DNA from: a virus
DNA: 64,000 nucleotides
Direction: 5' to 3' (one strand)
Virus record (IMG/VR): IMGVR_UViG_3300030419_007010
Coordinates: 32,001 to 96,000 of that record
Shown here: piece after piece, positions 48,236-59,141 of the stretch
Position numbering within the stretch: the first letter of the stretch is position 1
How the letters are laid out: the number at the start of each line of letters is the position of its first letter
The notes under the pieces: generated by a model
The model's input: only the letters and a program-made list of their open reading frames with translations
What the model was told of the DNA's origin: nothing
Database searches by the model: none
Made by a program: the position numbers and the translations under genes

Positions 48236-50035
48236 TTATCTAATTGTGCCCTTAATATCTTTGTTCGGATATCTTAGTTCTATTACTGCATCTTCTGGTG
48301 TTATTAACATCCTACCGTCTGGGGAAAGATTTTGATCAATTCCATATACTGACTCGGAGTAGTTACCTCCAGATTTATTTTTTATTCTCACACTTACCAC
48401 GTCTACGATACCCGGTGTATCATTAATAACATTATATATATCAGTTATATACATCGGTTCTCCCAGATCATAAGGTCTAGAAAATTTATTAGTCAAATTT
48501 ATTATGCACCGATTTAAAAGATCATATTTGTTGACCCCAACATCCGATACTGCTGTAAAGTCTATTCCTATATTAATAACTTTTCCATCCAAAATATCAA
48601 TTGTATCATTAATCATTTTATGCTGATTTAACCAAACTTTTAAATTTTGTTTAATAGTCGCGTTTGCTTTGGTTAAAAATCTATCAGTTCCTTGCATTAA
48701 AACATATAAATTAATATTTCTCTTAAACGAATCATTGTCATGTGTCAAATTACATCTCTTAATAGAACCAAATCTTGCCGGCATTTGGTACACCAAACTA
48801 CTATAGTCTTGCTTTGTTACTGCTCGGTTTTGAGAAGCAAAGAAATCTAGGGCATTTCTTTTTAGTTCTTGAGAATTGGTTGTTAATATGCCGCCTAATA
48901 TTGGTTCTGGATTTGTAACTTCCAGAGAGTCTTTAACTGCGAATTTAGTAGCTGTCGAAATTGCTTCTTTGGAAAATCTAAATATACCTGTCGAAACAGA
49001 ATCCACGGCGCCGGCGGCAGAGTTAACATCGTCTCTATTGTTTGCTCGGTATGTTACAGTCAAGCTAGTATTAGAAGGAGCAATACCAAATTTATCAGAT
49101 TCTAAAATTTTCGAAGGATCGAAATATTTATTAACTTCATAATTTCTTCCGTGTTGTTGCATAACAACTTCACTTGGGTGTCTTACTGAATCTCTGACAT
49201 TTTCTCTATCTGACCCATATCCAAATTGCAAAAATATCTGTGCGCCTTCGCGTTCTACAACATATCTTCTAGGGACAGGAACAGCTTTCAAAATTGATGG
49301 GGCTGTTATTTTGTCTTTATTTCTATTCTTCAGAGCCTTAAACACTATATTTTGTGACAAATAATCCACTTCAAAATATTCATGACCTTCAGAATCCACA
49401 ACCGACATTATTTCTGTCACGTTTCTTACAGGCAATTCTACCTTTAAAAATCTTTCAAAATCGCCAACTGGCAATATTTGTGTTGCTAGCTGTCCGGACA
49501 TTACCTGTCCGCTTGATTTAATCGCAAACTCTGTGGGATATCCGGTCGTTTCATTAACAGTAGCTGGAACGATTTCGTTGTTAGGGTGCGAAAAATCAAT
49601 ATCTTCAACTAAAGTATATTGAACTCCTGAAGTCGACGAAAACGTCGTGCCTTTTCTCAATATTGGTATATAATCTGTGTCCGGGCCTGTGGATTCTGCG
49701 TTGGAGGGTACAATTACGAACACAGAAACTTCCCCATGGGAGGCGATGGCGCCCTCTCTCTTGTATCCCAAAGTTCTAGCATGCTTCAAAATATTTTGAA
49801 ATTCTGTTGCTGTAGACATAAATGTCTCATTAACATTGTAATCCAAATAAAATGATAATATATCACCAACATAAGCAACCGTATCAAACATTAGAGAGGC
49901 GAAACTGGCGTCGTTAAAATCCTTAACAGTGTCAGGATAATATATTTTTGCATATTCAAGCAGTTCTTTCTTAATAGTTTCAAAATCTCTGCTTGTATAA
50001 TCAATTGGTGCTAGCTCTTTAATTTTATTTGCCAT
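48236..50035 (-). CDS. Baseplate wedge protein, T4 gp6-like
   Basis: DYTSRDFETIK...YPD...DF...AYVGDILSFYLD...NETF, LQFG and QNRAVTKQDY motifs. Confidence 0.88.
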   Translation of the reverse strand: MANKIKELAPIDYTSRDFETIKKELLEYAKIYYPDTVKDFNDASFASLMFDTVAYVGDILSFYLDYNVNETFMSTATEFQNILKHARTLGYKREGAIASHGEVSVFVIVPSNAESTGPDTDYIPILRKGTTFSSTSGVQYTLVEDIDFSHPNNEIVPATVNETTGYPTEFAIKSSGQVMSGQLATQILPVGDFERFLKVELPVRNVTEIMSVVDSEGHEYFEVDYLSQNIVFKALKNRNKDKITAPSILKAVPVPRRYVVEREGAQIFLQFGYGSDRENVRDSVRHPSEVVMQQHGRNYEVNKYFDPSKILESDKFGIAPSNTSLTVTYRANNRDDVNSAAGAVDSVSTGIFRFSKEAISTATKFAVKDSLEVTNPEPILGGILTTNSQELKRNALDFFASQNRAVTKQDYSSLVYQMPARFGSIKRCNLTHDNDSFKRNINLYVLMQGTDRFLTKANATIKQNLKVWLNQHKMINDTIDILDGKVINIGIDFTAVSDVGVNKYDLLNRCIINLTNKFSRPYDLGEPMYITDIYNVINDTPGIVDVVSVRIKNKSGGNYSESVYGIDQNLSPDGRMLITPEDAVIELRYPNKDIKGTIR

Positions 50036-50052
50036 ATCAAATACCCTGTAAC

Positions 50053-50060
50053 TAAATAGT
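50053..50060 (-). promoter_or_regulatory. Candidate late-promoter motif ACTATTTA
   Basis: Intergenic, about 17 nt upstream of the gp6 start. Confidence 0.5.
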
Positions 50061-50064
50061 ATTA

Positions 50065-50466
50065 TTAAACATTATTTATAAACAATGTGTCTGTAACAGA
50101 TAATGGCAAAATATGATATTTTATTTTAATAGATATCATGTGCGGGTCTTGCCAATCTTCCAATATTTTTTGATCGGATCCGGGAGAAAAATCTACATCC
50201 ATAATTTTTATAAATGGCATGTATTTTTCTACTTGAGTTTGTAACGTTGCCGGAAAGTCAAAATGAAAGGTTTCTTTGAATTCAAATAAGAATCTTTTTA
50301 TTCCTACTCCGAATTCAGGATCCATAATTCTTTCTCCTGGATTTGTTAAAACTAAAGTTTTAAAATCTTGTGCAATAGCTTCTTTATAAATCTTAATTAA
50401 CCTATACGGTCCATCTTTTGGATCATAAATTAAAGGTAATTTTGGACTTATCCCGTGAATAGACAT
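50065..50466 (-). CDS. Baseplate wedge protein, gp25-like
   Basis: LVLTNPGERIMDPEFGVGI motif; adjacent to gp6. Confidence 0.9.
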   Translation of the reverse strand: MSIHGISPKLPLIYDPKDGPYRLIKIYKEAIAQDFKTLVLTNPGERIMDPEFGVGIKRFLFEFKETFHFDFPATLQTQVEKYMPFIKIMDVDFSPGSDQKILEDWQDPHMISIKIKYHILPLSVTDTLFINNV

Positions 50467-50497
50467 AAGGAACCCTCTTGATAATATCTAGTTTGTT

Positions 50498-53400
50498 CTA
50501 ACATTCTTCACCTTCTTCGGAAAGTTCTTTTTCTGTTTCTATAGTCTCTACTTCTTCATTTAGCCACTTGTCATAATCATCTCCGAATCCTAACGAAACC
50601 ATTATTAGGTGAATAAACCCTAGAGGCGTAATAGGGGGACCGACGCCCGGGCCCATGGGTGGCGGGGCCCAGCCAATAAATCCTGCACCATATGGAATAG
50701 TTGACGGGAACAGCAAGAAACAGATTATTGGAAGCAAATATGGATCTACTGCTTTCATCGTATTTCTAGTTTTTCTAACAGCCACTCTAAATTCTAAATC
50801 TAACTCAGCTAGTGGATGTATACCCGCTGTCGCATTCTCATATCCCGGCCATGCGCTTCGGCGGGGATCCCCCTCTTGATCAAGAGTTGGTTCTATCCTA
50901 GTTCCTTCCTGGCCGGATTGTCCAGGTAAATAATTGGGTGCTATATAAATTTTTGTTTCTGGCGGCTTAATCCAGTCTTTTTCATTATCATAAAATTGTG
51001 GATAATCTTCTTTAGGATAATTATCTTCGAGAGTTTTTCCGGTCCCGTCGGGAACATCGCCTTTATATTCTCCGTAAAGAAGAGTCAAAGCATCAACCAA
51101 GGCTTGTTTTTTATTTGCCAAATCTTCTTTTAAATCTTGTAATTCTTGTTTTTTAACTTCTTTTTCTACTTGTTGTTCTGCATTAAATGTTGGCATTGCT
51201 TCCACCTGCTGTTCCATAGGTGGAATAGTTTGCTCTATTTGCTTAATTATCATAAAAAGGCCGTCGACTAAGCCCTTGTTAAAATCTACTACAGTCGCAT
51301 GCGCATCGAATGCTGCTTTTTTAACTTCTTCGGCAACTTTAAGAGAAGTTTCAACAATTAATATTATAGCATCGTTAATAGCTTTACCTGTCATAACACA
51401 GGGATCCGTAATTTCGGCCAAGGCTTTCAAAATTAATTTTGGAGTTTCCTTTACAATAGCTTTGAGCTGGTCTTCTAGAGGATTTTCTGGGAATCGACCG
51501 GTTGTAGAAGTGAAGTTTTGCATCTGGCTAAAGCCGACTGGGCCGCCAAAACTATTAATGAAGGGTACTCCGTCCGACAACTTGTCTACATCTCCAAGCA
51601 TATTTCTCATAAATGATAGAATAATTGTCTTTGTTCCGGTAAACTTGCTTAAGTCTTTAATATCAGTATTTGCGTATGAAGCATAAAAAGCATTCAATAA
51701 CAACATTCTTTCGTATTTGAATACATGTTTGAATAAAAATTTAAAATCATCAGACGCATAAAGATTTTTTAAAAGTTTACTATACGCACCAATGGTGCCC
51801 TTATAATACATTGTAACTAACTTATTATCTCCTAGATCACTAATCTTCAAATCCGAAGATTTTGGAGCTAGATCCGCGGCGCGTTCGCACAACTCTTCTG
51901 AAAATTTCCAAACAGGAATTTTTACGTCTGCTAGAGGTATCTTTGTAAACGCGTATCGTTGATTTGCAAGCTCATCCGAACTTTCAGTTTCTGGTGTTCT
52001 ATCTACGGCTCCTAGAAAAGTTTTATGTACCCAAGAAACTCGGCCGATATCTCCTTCATCATAATGATAATCCATGTCGTCCTGTATTTCACCTAAAAGA
52101 TCACATACACCTTTCGCGGTTTGACGAACTAGTGGTGTTTCCGCGCCCACGTATCCATATTTATCATCAGAAAAATAAAGAGGAAATTGATATACTAATC
52201 TTAAACCAAAACAAAAATTATTAAAATAATCATCTACTTTTGAAGTTTCATCTTCAGAAGAGTTTATATACTCTGACATTATTTTGCCCCAAGTATTTAA
52301 ATCAGCGACGCCATATTCATGTATTTTTTCTTTTTTAGCACTAACATTTAAAGAATAGCCAACTACCTCGCCGTTAACTGTAACCTCATTTTCATTAAGA
52401 AGATCCATAAATTTTGGTTTCTTTTTGTTGTATACATCATAAACATTAGCGTCAAGCGTGCTTTCGCCTGCAGTTTCGCTTTCTTTGTGATCAATCCAAA
52501 TATAGGGCTCAAGAACAAACATTCCCGGGTGATCTTTAATCGGCAGATACGCCGAAGATGGGTGTACGCCTGCATCAGAAGTTAAATTGCCACCATTTTT
52601 TTGGTTTGATGGATCCCAAATAATATTTCCTTCATAATCTTCTTGAAGTAGTTTTCTAAAGTCAGCCGAAGGGTTCCAAAACTCATGTCTATCATAGCGT
52701 ACACCTTTATTAATAATATGACTAGGCATAGAGGTGTCAGCTTCTCCAGTCGCGAACTCATTACCGGAACCAAACTTTACTAAATTGGTTACTCCGGCCA
52801 TGGCCGGCCACGTTTTAGAGTTCGTTGCCGGTGATGTAGCAATTGGACCCGGCTCGGTCGACTTATAGCCTCGATCCATCTCACCGACCCATTTAAATAA
52901 ATCCAAATGATTTCTAACTCTTGGAATAAATTTATGTTTCTTTTTATTTGATTTGAACACATTCCAAACAACTTCCACGACTTCTGAATATTCTTGTTTT
53001 AATAAAGTTTTAAACGCGTCGTCGCCGTTGGGCAAAGTGTGTTTTTCGCCCAGGAGATGCATGTGTCCGTCTGCGAATTGAACTAAATAATTTTTAATAA
53101 GGTGAGCATGTCCTGGGTGATCACCTTCTACAATTTCTTTAGCATACCCATTACCTTCCTCGTCGATAACATAAGTATGCACATGGGATATTTCACCATC
53201 AGGAGCGGGGGTCTCAGGGTGCTCTCTTGTTTTTCCGGCGCCGGCGGAAATCGTTTCTTTAATAATCTCTTTTGACTGTTCTAAAATAAACTCAAATATA
53301 TCCGGAACATCTAGCAAAGAGTTTTGTTCTTCTAAAATTGCGTTTTTTATTCTCGCGAAAGTCTGTTCAATAAAGAAATCATCATACAAGAGATTTTTAA

Positions 53401-56400
53401 AATCATATATCGGAATGAGAGGCATAAAATAAAACAATTCTTGAATTATTCCAATTTTTATTCTAGCAGATATTAGGCCGGCTATAGCTGCTTTTTCTAT
53501 TGGCCTTAACTCTCGTCGACTATTTAAACGCGTTTTCTCTCTTTCTTTTAAGTCTCGCATTTGTTTTGACATTGCAGATGCCTGGGAAGCTTCATTTTTT
53601 GCAGCTTCTTTTCTAGGTTTCGTTTTTTTACTCCATTCTTTACAGAGAGCATTTTTTAGCCTTTGATTAATATCTTCTTTAAGAGCATTTATTGTTAAAA
53701 CGCCCTCGCTAAAATCTGGGTTTTCTGGCCAGCAAACTGCAGAATTAGGGAAAAGTTTTCCAAATATTCTTTCAAACGTTTTTAACTCAAATGCAGGAGA
53801 TTGAAGATTAATTTTAGCCATACTCCCTAATATTTTTTGAGTAATGAGCGGATGAGCAAAATTAGTAAAAAAGTCTTGTGACTTTCGTTTCATATTTTCA
53901 CTTAAAGAAACGTCCGGGTATACTTTTTTAATATGATCTTGAATTTTTTGTGTTACAAACTCCCCAAACGCTTTATCCGCAGTGTCGAAATTCAAATCCA
54001 AATTATCTAAAAGAGTTTTATATTCATCTGTGTAGGCAGATTTAAAGTTAATTTCTTTAATTACGTTTGATGAACCGGGAGTATAATCTACAACTCTTCG
54101 ATTGTCTATAACTTTAATATTAAAAGAATCGGCAGGCTCGTTTTCCTGTGTATCGTCGTTTAAAATTTCTAATTGTTTAATTTGATATTTTATAGAACGG
54201 CCAGGGCCGCCGGCTTTAATTAAATCAGGATCATTGTTATTATCTTCAATTTGTTCTAATGTATTAGAAATTATATCTATAGCTTCAGACAGGTTCTGAT
54301 CTCTGGTAGCTAGAAAATCAAATGACTGCGAGTACTTTCGCAATAGTTGGGCAGCTTCTTCATCTTTTCTTGGAATTTTAAGAATATGATAGTTCTCGCC
54401 TTCGACGTCCTTTTCCCAATAAAAATTTTCTTTGTTTTGAAGAGTTTTATAATAATGCGCGAATGTTATAAACTTTCCTAAATTCATAAGTTTGGCAATT
54501 GCGTCGTCTTCACCATCGGGAACTAGTTTTGGAAGCTCGACGATACCGCCATTATCTTCTAGAATACTTTGAGGAAGTGTATTAGGGATAACAAAATCGA
54601 CAGAACCGAGACCTACGAGGGAGAGGTCGGCCGAGCCCCAATTTATTAAATCGTTGTTGGATTTTACTTGACCTACCAAGAGGCTATCAAAAAAGCCACC
54701 TCCTTCAACAACAGAATCTTCTAGTTTTCTGGGAGGAAAAGAAGCTATAGGCAAGAATCCCGGGAGAGGAGAAGCATCAGTAAGAGGATTCCCTTTTGGT
54801 ATAGTCTTAAGAAACTTGGTTTTAACATCATTCTCATCCCAACTTGTATCAAAAGTTACCTCACCAGATAATGCTTCTGGGCGCATCATACCAACCCATT
54901 TTTCTGTTTCGAAACCACTAGCAGCGTTGGTGATATTCAAAAGATCTTCAGGCTTTAGATCTGATAGTAAACTACCAAGACCTCGAAGCTCGCGATAAAA
55001 ACTAATAAGAATATTATCAAATATCGCGTCCATAACAGAATCATTGGCCATTTGAAGGCCAGGAGGAACCCCAGGCATCAAAGCGCCGTCTCCACAATTT
55101 AATGGAGGCATTTTATCATCTAAATATTCGCTAGCGTCTGCTTGTAATAAACCGGCTAAACCTTTGAGCTTATTAAGATCGTTGGCTAGTTGTTCTTTAA
55201 CCTTCTTTGTACATTCATCTTCTGGTAAGCCTGCATCTTTCAGAGCTTGACACTTTTGTTCCGTGCTATATAGATCATTACAGAAATCTTCAGAAACTGT
55301 TACAAATGTTTCAAAATTATCGCAAATTTCTAAATCAAGTTGTGAGCCTAGATCCGAAAAGAAAAATCGTATATCAGACTTTCTAGATAAAGCCGGCATA
55401 TATTCAGGGAAATCTTCCTGAATCAGATCTAATATTGATCCTAAAACAATTTCAGAAGGTTTTCCTTGTAATAAACGACATAATTCTCTAGCCGTTAGCA
55501 TATCTGAAACCTTTCCTAAAAATTCTCGAATTCTATCTGGATGATTGGGAAGATTCCAATTTGCAAAAGCGTCTCTAGGGGGCGGGCCACCTTGCGGGCC
55601 GAAGCCTGGAATTAAGTTTGTAGCTCCGCCAAAGGACTGGCTTTCTTCGTCATCTTCAGCAAAACAATTCTTAAGATAATCATCCAAAACTGCTTTAATT
55701 GTTTTTGCAATTTGTTTTGCCAAGACCGTAACTGTAGCTTTATAGACATCTTTCCAAAATTGATGTGAAATGCCTGCAGGTTCCCAAAAACTTATCGGCT
55801 TGAATGTTGGCCACTCTGGCCACGAAGGCAGCGCTTCACCAAATTCTGGTAAAGAAAAATCTCCACTTAACCATCTTCCTGGTAAGTCCATTCCCATTTT
55901 AACCAAGTCTTCACACAACCTTCTTAAATCGACAAATTCTTTTAATCCTTCGACATATCTTTGAACTTGCTGTGCATTGTCACTCATTGCCCTAGCACCT
56001 GAAGAAATGTAAGATTCTTGGCTTCCTATAGTATCTCCCGCTTGGGCGATAGCTTCAGCTCCGGAAATAATACCATCGGCGACTGCTCCTGGTACTGCGG
56101 CGCCCTCTGCTAATTTACTAGCTGCAACAGGGTCTGGGGCGCCGGATGTAGCAGTCATTAATTCGGTGTTGGTCGCGACAGCCTGACCATAGACTTCTGC
56201 AGAAGAAGCTTCTGGATTATTGGCTGTTACTTCTGTTAGTAGCGCTTGGAATTGTTCATTCTGAACTATCTTTCTAGTTTTTGGATTGCCATACAGAATC
56301 GCAGAGAAGCCGGCGATTCCTATTTCAGTAACAACATAATTAATAATCATCTCGCATATTGCTTCAGGAGTGCTTGGCAAATCATTTTTTTCCAAGATGC

Positions 56401-59131
56401 ACTTAATAATTTCTTCTGCATAAATTTTGATATCAACTTCATTAGCAATTAATTTATAAATCTCGTGAAGTTCCGCTAGTGTTGCAGACAGCGCGGGGTG
56501 TTTTGACAACCAACTAACAGTTTCCTGATCCTTCATTGGATCGCCGACAGCTTCTTGTGAATTTCTTCTTTCTTGTAGAATTATCTCCTTACATTCAGTA
56601 TCTGCTAGAATTCTATTTTCAAACTGTAGTTCTTCTTCAGACATGACAGGAATTCTATCAAACAATTGCATTTTTCTAACACATTCTTCGTATTTTGGAT
56701 CTTTTTTGTTTTTTGAGGGCCTAATCGCTACAATTGGAAATACAAATTTTGATACAAAGTCAATCCACTCGTCAGTCGAAGCAGACTGGCCATCTATGAG
56801 CGCCGTCTCATCTATATCCGCAAATTCAACAGTGATTGTTGCCGGGTATTCATCGCTGACCATTGAGCCGGCAACTGGTGTGCCCGCTTCATTGTAAAAA
56901 CCTTTTGGCCCCGATCTAGTTTCCATATATTCTATTATTCTTTCAGCATAAAGTATAAAAGCCCAAGTTCTTGGAGATACTTTGGTTCTAAGATAATCTA
57001 GCCCAACAATAAAAGGAACTAAATCATTCGGGGGCTCTGGTCTTTCAAACGAAAAATATACAATATTTAATCCAGTGTCTAGTCCAATTTCTAGTTGTGT
57101 ATTATGATTTAAATCAGGTGGTATTGGCATCATCCAATCGGTAACATCCCCTGCTGGCTCTTTAAATTTAATAACCTTGCCGCCCTGGCCTCTGAATTTT
57201 AAAAATTTCTGTATATGTAGTATTGACTCTCTTAAGAGATTTGCTTCTTTTTTGCAGTCCAGCGTTAGTACTTCTCCGCCGGTACTTTTATAAGATTCAA
57301 CGCGGGGATGAAATCTCTCTAATATAGCTGCAACTTGATCAATTTGCTCTATCAAATCTGCAGCAGCACTACGATTGATAGTGTGGATATCCGAACTAGT
57401 TCTTGTTATTTCAGCAGTCAAAGCCCACCACGGCTCGTCTTTGTATTTTACTTCCACGGCTCCGATTGCTTCGTCTTGCCATTCTTTAAGATTTTTATTT
57501 GATAAAGCATCAAACACATTCTGGGGTGCTCCAATCAATACAGAAAGAGGCTTCTTAGAAGGTCGCGTTGAAAGCTCGTATTTAATATAACCGAATGGGC
57601 GCCCATCGGCGCCGGGTCCGTATAGATCATCTGAGACTGAAGTGTCATAATCTTCCACAAGGGAATCTATGTACGCTCTCGTTTGTGAGAACTTTTCTGG
57701 TTCTGGGTTAAGATCTTTACCATAAAATTTTAATAATCTGGCGGCGCCAATATAAACAGCACTCTTTAAATCTTTACTTAAAGCTTCTATTTTCTTATCT
57801 TCTGTTGTTTCTTTTTTGCTACTACTAGGAACATTTACTTTAATAATATAATAATATTCACCCTTCTGGCCTGTATATGGATTAAAATCAACAAAAAGAG
57901 GCTCTTCTTGTTCCAAGATATTGACCCAATTGTCTCCAGAAGTTGATTCAAAAGAAGCTTCGCCAGTAGGTACTACTGGTCCCGGGGGTGGCTCGTTGAC
58001 CTTTAATCTAGGTTTTTCTGTCCCAAATCTAGTTAAGAGGTTTGCATCAATCCACCAGCCAGCATCTTTTAATTTTGGTCCGCCAGGGCCGCCAGTAGTT
58101 GGATTAGATTGAAAACTCTTCCATATAGTCCACCATCTAAATGGGTGTGTAAAATCATGTATATTTTCATTTTTTAGTTCTTCGCCAGTATATGGATTAA
58201 TATAAGACGAATCGAAATATCCTTGTGACTCCAAGACTTTTTGAGGAGGAGCTATTTTACAAAAAGTAGTCCCTTTAATCTTCTTTGATTCAAGAATTTG
58301 TACTTGTGATTTCCAAGGTATAAGAAAATCAACTCCGGCCGGAGCGTCATAAGTCACCCAAATCGTTTCACCTAATTTAGGAAGCTTAGATGATGGATCC
58401 GGACGGCTGTCTGGGTCTAGCTCTGTTTTTAAAAGAGGTAACACTCCGCCAGTCCAGTCTGCTTCCTGTCGATCTGGATGTTCGTATATATGATTGGTTT
58501 TTCTTAAATCCCCTTGTTCATCTGCTGCTGCGATGGCGGCATCAAGATCATCTTCTAGGGCTTCAAAAGCAGCAAGAGAAGCTTCAACATCTTCAATTGT
58601 TTCATCATCGGCGCCGAGATTTGCAAATTCCGGATCTGTATCCGGATGTTTAAGATACATATATTTATGAAAAATATAGTGTGTAGCGCCTTCGAGCTTA
58701 TTAGGGGGCTCATGGTTAACAAGAGCGGGATCATGTGCGGGTCCGGAAGCTTGGTCGGGCGAGTCGGGCGTTTCTATATCGGCAACCGGCGAAGCGTATG
58801 GTAAATGAACTGTATCTCCGACTTTGCCGGCGGTGGCGCCATTAAAATCTTTCCATTCCCCTTGAATAACAATATTATGAAACGGCTTGTGGGGTATGTT
58901 AGTATTCGTGAGATTATAAATCTCCAGCATTGCTTGATATCCCTGGCCCGGGCCGGCTGGAGTATCATTCGGTCCGTTCCAGAAGTTGGGCTCGCTTGCT
59001 TTAATCTTTGAAAAAGGTGGCAATTGCCAAACTCTTTCTACTATTTGAGATAACCCCTCACCCGACTTAATTGTAGTTGTTGGGTCGTTGTTGATGTATT
59101 CTTTACCGTTTATTATTATTTTTGATGGCAT
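50498..59131 (-). CDS. Giant hypothetical virion protein with LysM-like N-terminus (2877 aa)
   Basis: IKSGEGLSQIV...VGDTVHLP at the N-terminus and a His-rich HxH cluster. Lies between the spike gene and gp25. Confidence 0.55.
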   Translation of the reverse strand: MPSKIIINGKEYINNDPTTTIKSGEGLSQIVERVWQLPPFSKIKASEPNFWNGPNDTPAGPGQGYQAMLEIYNLTNTNIPHKPFHNIVIQGEWKDFNGATAGKVGDTVHLPYASPVADIETPDSPDQASGPAHDPALVNHEPPNKLEGATHYIFHKYMYLKHPDTDPEFANLGADDETIEDVEASLAAFEALEDDLDAAIAAADEQGDLRKTNHIYEHPDRQEADWTGGVLPLLKTELDPDSRPDPSSKLPKLGETIWVTYDAPAGVDFLIPWKSQVQILESKKIKGTTFCKIAPPQKVLESQGYFDSSYINPYTGEELKNENIHDFTHPFRWWTIWKSFQSNPTTGGPGGPKLKDAGWWIDANLLTRFGTEKPRLKVNEPPPGPVVPTGEASFESTSGDNWVNILEQEEPLFVDFNPYTGQKGEYYYIIKVNVPSSSKKETTEDKKIEALSKDLKSAVYIGAARLLKFYGKDLNPEPEKFSQTRAYIDSLVEDYDTSVSDDLYGPGADGRPFGYIKYELSTRPSKKPLSVLIGAPQNVFDALSNKNLKEWQDEAIGAVEVKYKDEPWWALTAEITRTSSDIHTINRSAAADLIEQIDQVAAILERFHPRVESYKSTGGEVLTLDCKKEANLLRESILHIQKFLKFRGQGGKVIKFKEPAGDVTDWMMPIPPDLNHNTQLEIGLDTGLNIVYFSFERPEPPNDLVPFIVGLDYLRTKVSPRTWAFILYAERIIEYMETRSGPKGFYNEAGTPVAGSMVSDEYPATITVEFADIDETALIDGQSASTDEWIDFVSKFVFPIVAIRPSKNKKDPKYEECVRKMQLFDRIPVMSEEELQFENRILADTECKEIILQERRNSQEAVGDPMKDQETVSWLSKHPALSATLAELHEIYKLIANEVDIKIYAEEIIKCILEKNDLPSTPEAICEMIINYVVTEIGIAGFSAILYGNPKTRKIVQNEQFQALLTEVTANNPEASSAEVYGQAVATNTELMTATSGAPDPVAASKLAEGAAVPGAVADGIISGAEAIAQAGDTIGSQESYISSGARAMSDNAQQVQRYVEGLKEFVDLRRLCEDLVKMGMDLPGRWLSGDFSLPEFGEALPSWPEWPTFKPISFWEPAGISHQFWKDVYKATVTVLAKQIAKTIKAVLDDYLKNCFAEDDEESQSFGGATNLIPGFGPQGGPPPRDAFANWNLPNHPDRIREFLGKVSDMLTARELCRLLQGKPSEIVLGSILDLIQEDFPEYMPALSRKSDIRFFFSDLGSQLDLEICDNFETFVTVSEDFCNDLYSTEQKCQALKDAGLPEDECTKKVKEQLANDLNKLKGLAGLLQADASEYLDDKMPPLNCGDGALMPGVPPGLQMANDSVMDAIFDNILISFYRELRGLGSLLSDLKPEDLLNITNAASGFETEKWVGMMRPEALSGEVTFDTSWDENDVKTKFLKTIPKGNPLTDASPLPGFLPIASFPPRKLEDSVVEGGGFFDSLLVGQVKSNNDLINWGSADLSLVGLGSVDFVIPNTLPQSILEDNGGIVELPKLVPDGEDDAIAKLMNLGKFITFAHYYKTLQNKENFYWEKDVEGENYHILKIPRKDEEAAQLLRKYSQSFDFLATRDQNLSEAIDIISNTLEQIEDNNNDPDLIKAGGPGRSIKYQIKQLEILNDDTQENEPADSFNIKVIDNRRVVDYTPGSSNVIKEINFKSAYTDEYKTLLDNLDLNFDTADKAFGEFVTQKIQDHIKKVYPDVSLSENMKRKSQDFFTNFAHPLITQKILGSMAKINLQSPAFELKTFERIFGKLFPNSAVCWPENPDFSEGVLTINALKEDINQRLKNALCKEWSKKTKPRKEAAKNEASQASAMSKQMRDLKEREKTRLNSRRELRPIEKAAIAGLISARIKIGIIQELFYFMPLIPIYDFKNLLYDDFFIEQTFARIKNAILEEQNSLLDVPDIFEFILEQSKEIIKETISAGAGKTREHPETPAPDGEISHVHTYVIDEEGNGYAKEIVEGDHPGHAHLIKNYLVQFADGHMHLLGEKHTLPNGDDAFKTLLKQEYSEVVEVVWNVFKSNKKKHKFIPRVRNHLDLFKWVGEMDRGYKSTEPGPIATSPATNSKTWPAMAGVTNLVKFGSGNEFATGEADTSMPSHIINKGVRYDRHEFWNPSADFRKLLQEDYEGNIIWDPSNQKNGGNLTSDAGVHPSSAYLPIKDHPGMFVLEPYIWIDHKESETAGESTLDANVYDVYNKKKPKFMDLLNENEVTVNGEVVGYSLNVSAKKEKIHEYGVADLNTWGKIMSEYINSSEDETSKVDDYFNNFCFGLRLVYQFPLYFSDDKYGYVGAETPLVRQTAKGVCDLLGEIQDDMDYHYDEGDIGRVSWVHKTFLGAVDRTPETESSDELANQRYAFTKIPLADVKIPVWKFSEELCERAADLAPKSSDLKISDLGDNKLVTMYYKGTIGAYSKLLKNLYASDDFKFLFKHVFKYERMLLLNAFYASYANTDIKDLSKFTGTKTIILSFMRNMLGDVDKLSDGVPFINSFGGPVGFSQMQNFTSTTGRFPENPLEDQLKAIVKETPKLILKALAEITDPCVMTGKAINDAIILIVETSLKVAEEVKKAAFDAHATVVDFNKGLVDGLFMIIKQIEQTIPPMEQQVEAMPTFNAEQQVEKEVKKQELQDLKEDLANKKQALVDALTLLYGEYKGDVPDGTGKTLEDNYPKEDYPQFYDNEKDWIKPPETKIYIAPNYLPGQSGQEGTRIEPTLDQEGDPRRSAWPGYENATAGIHPLAELDLEFRVAVRKTRNTMKAVDPYLLPIICFLLFPSTIPYGAGFIGWAPPPMGPGVGPPITPLGFIHLIMVSLGFGDDYDKWLNEEVETIETEKELSEEGEEC

Positions 59132-59141
59132 AATTTATTCT

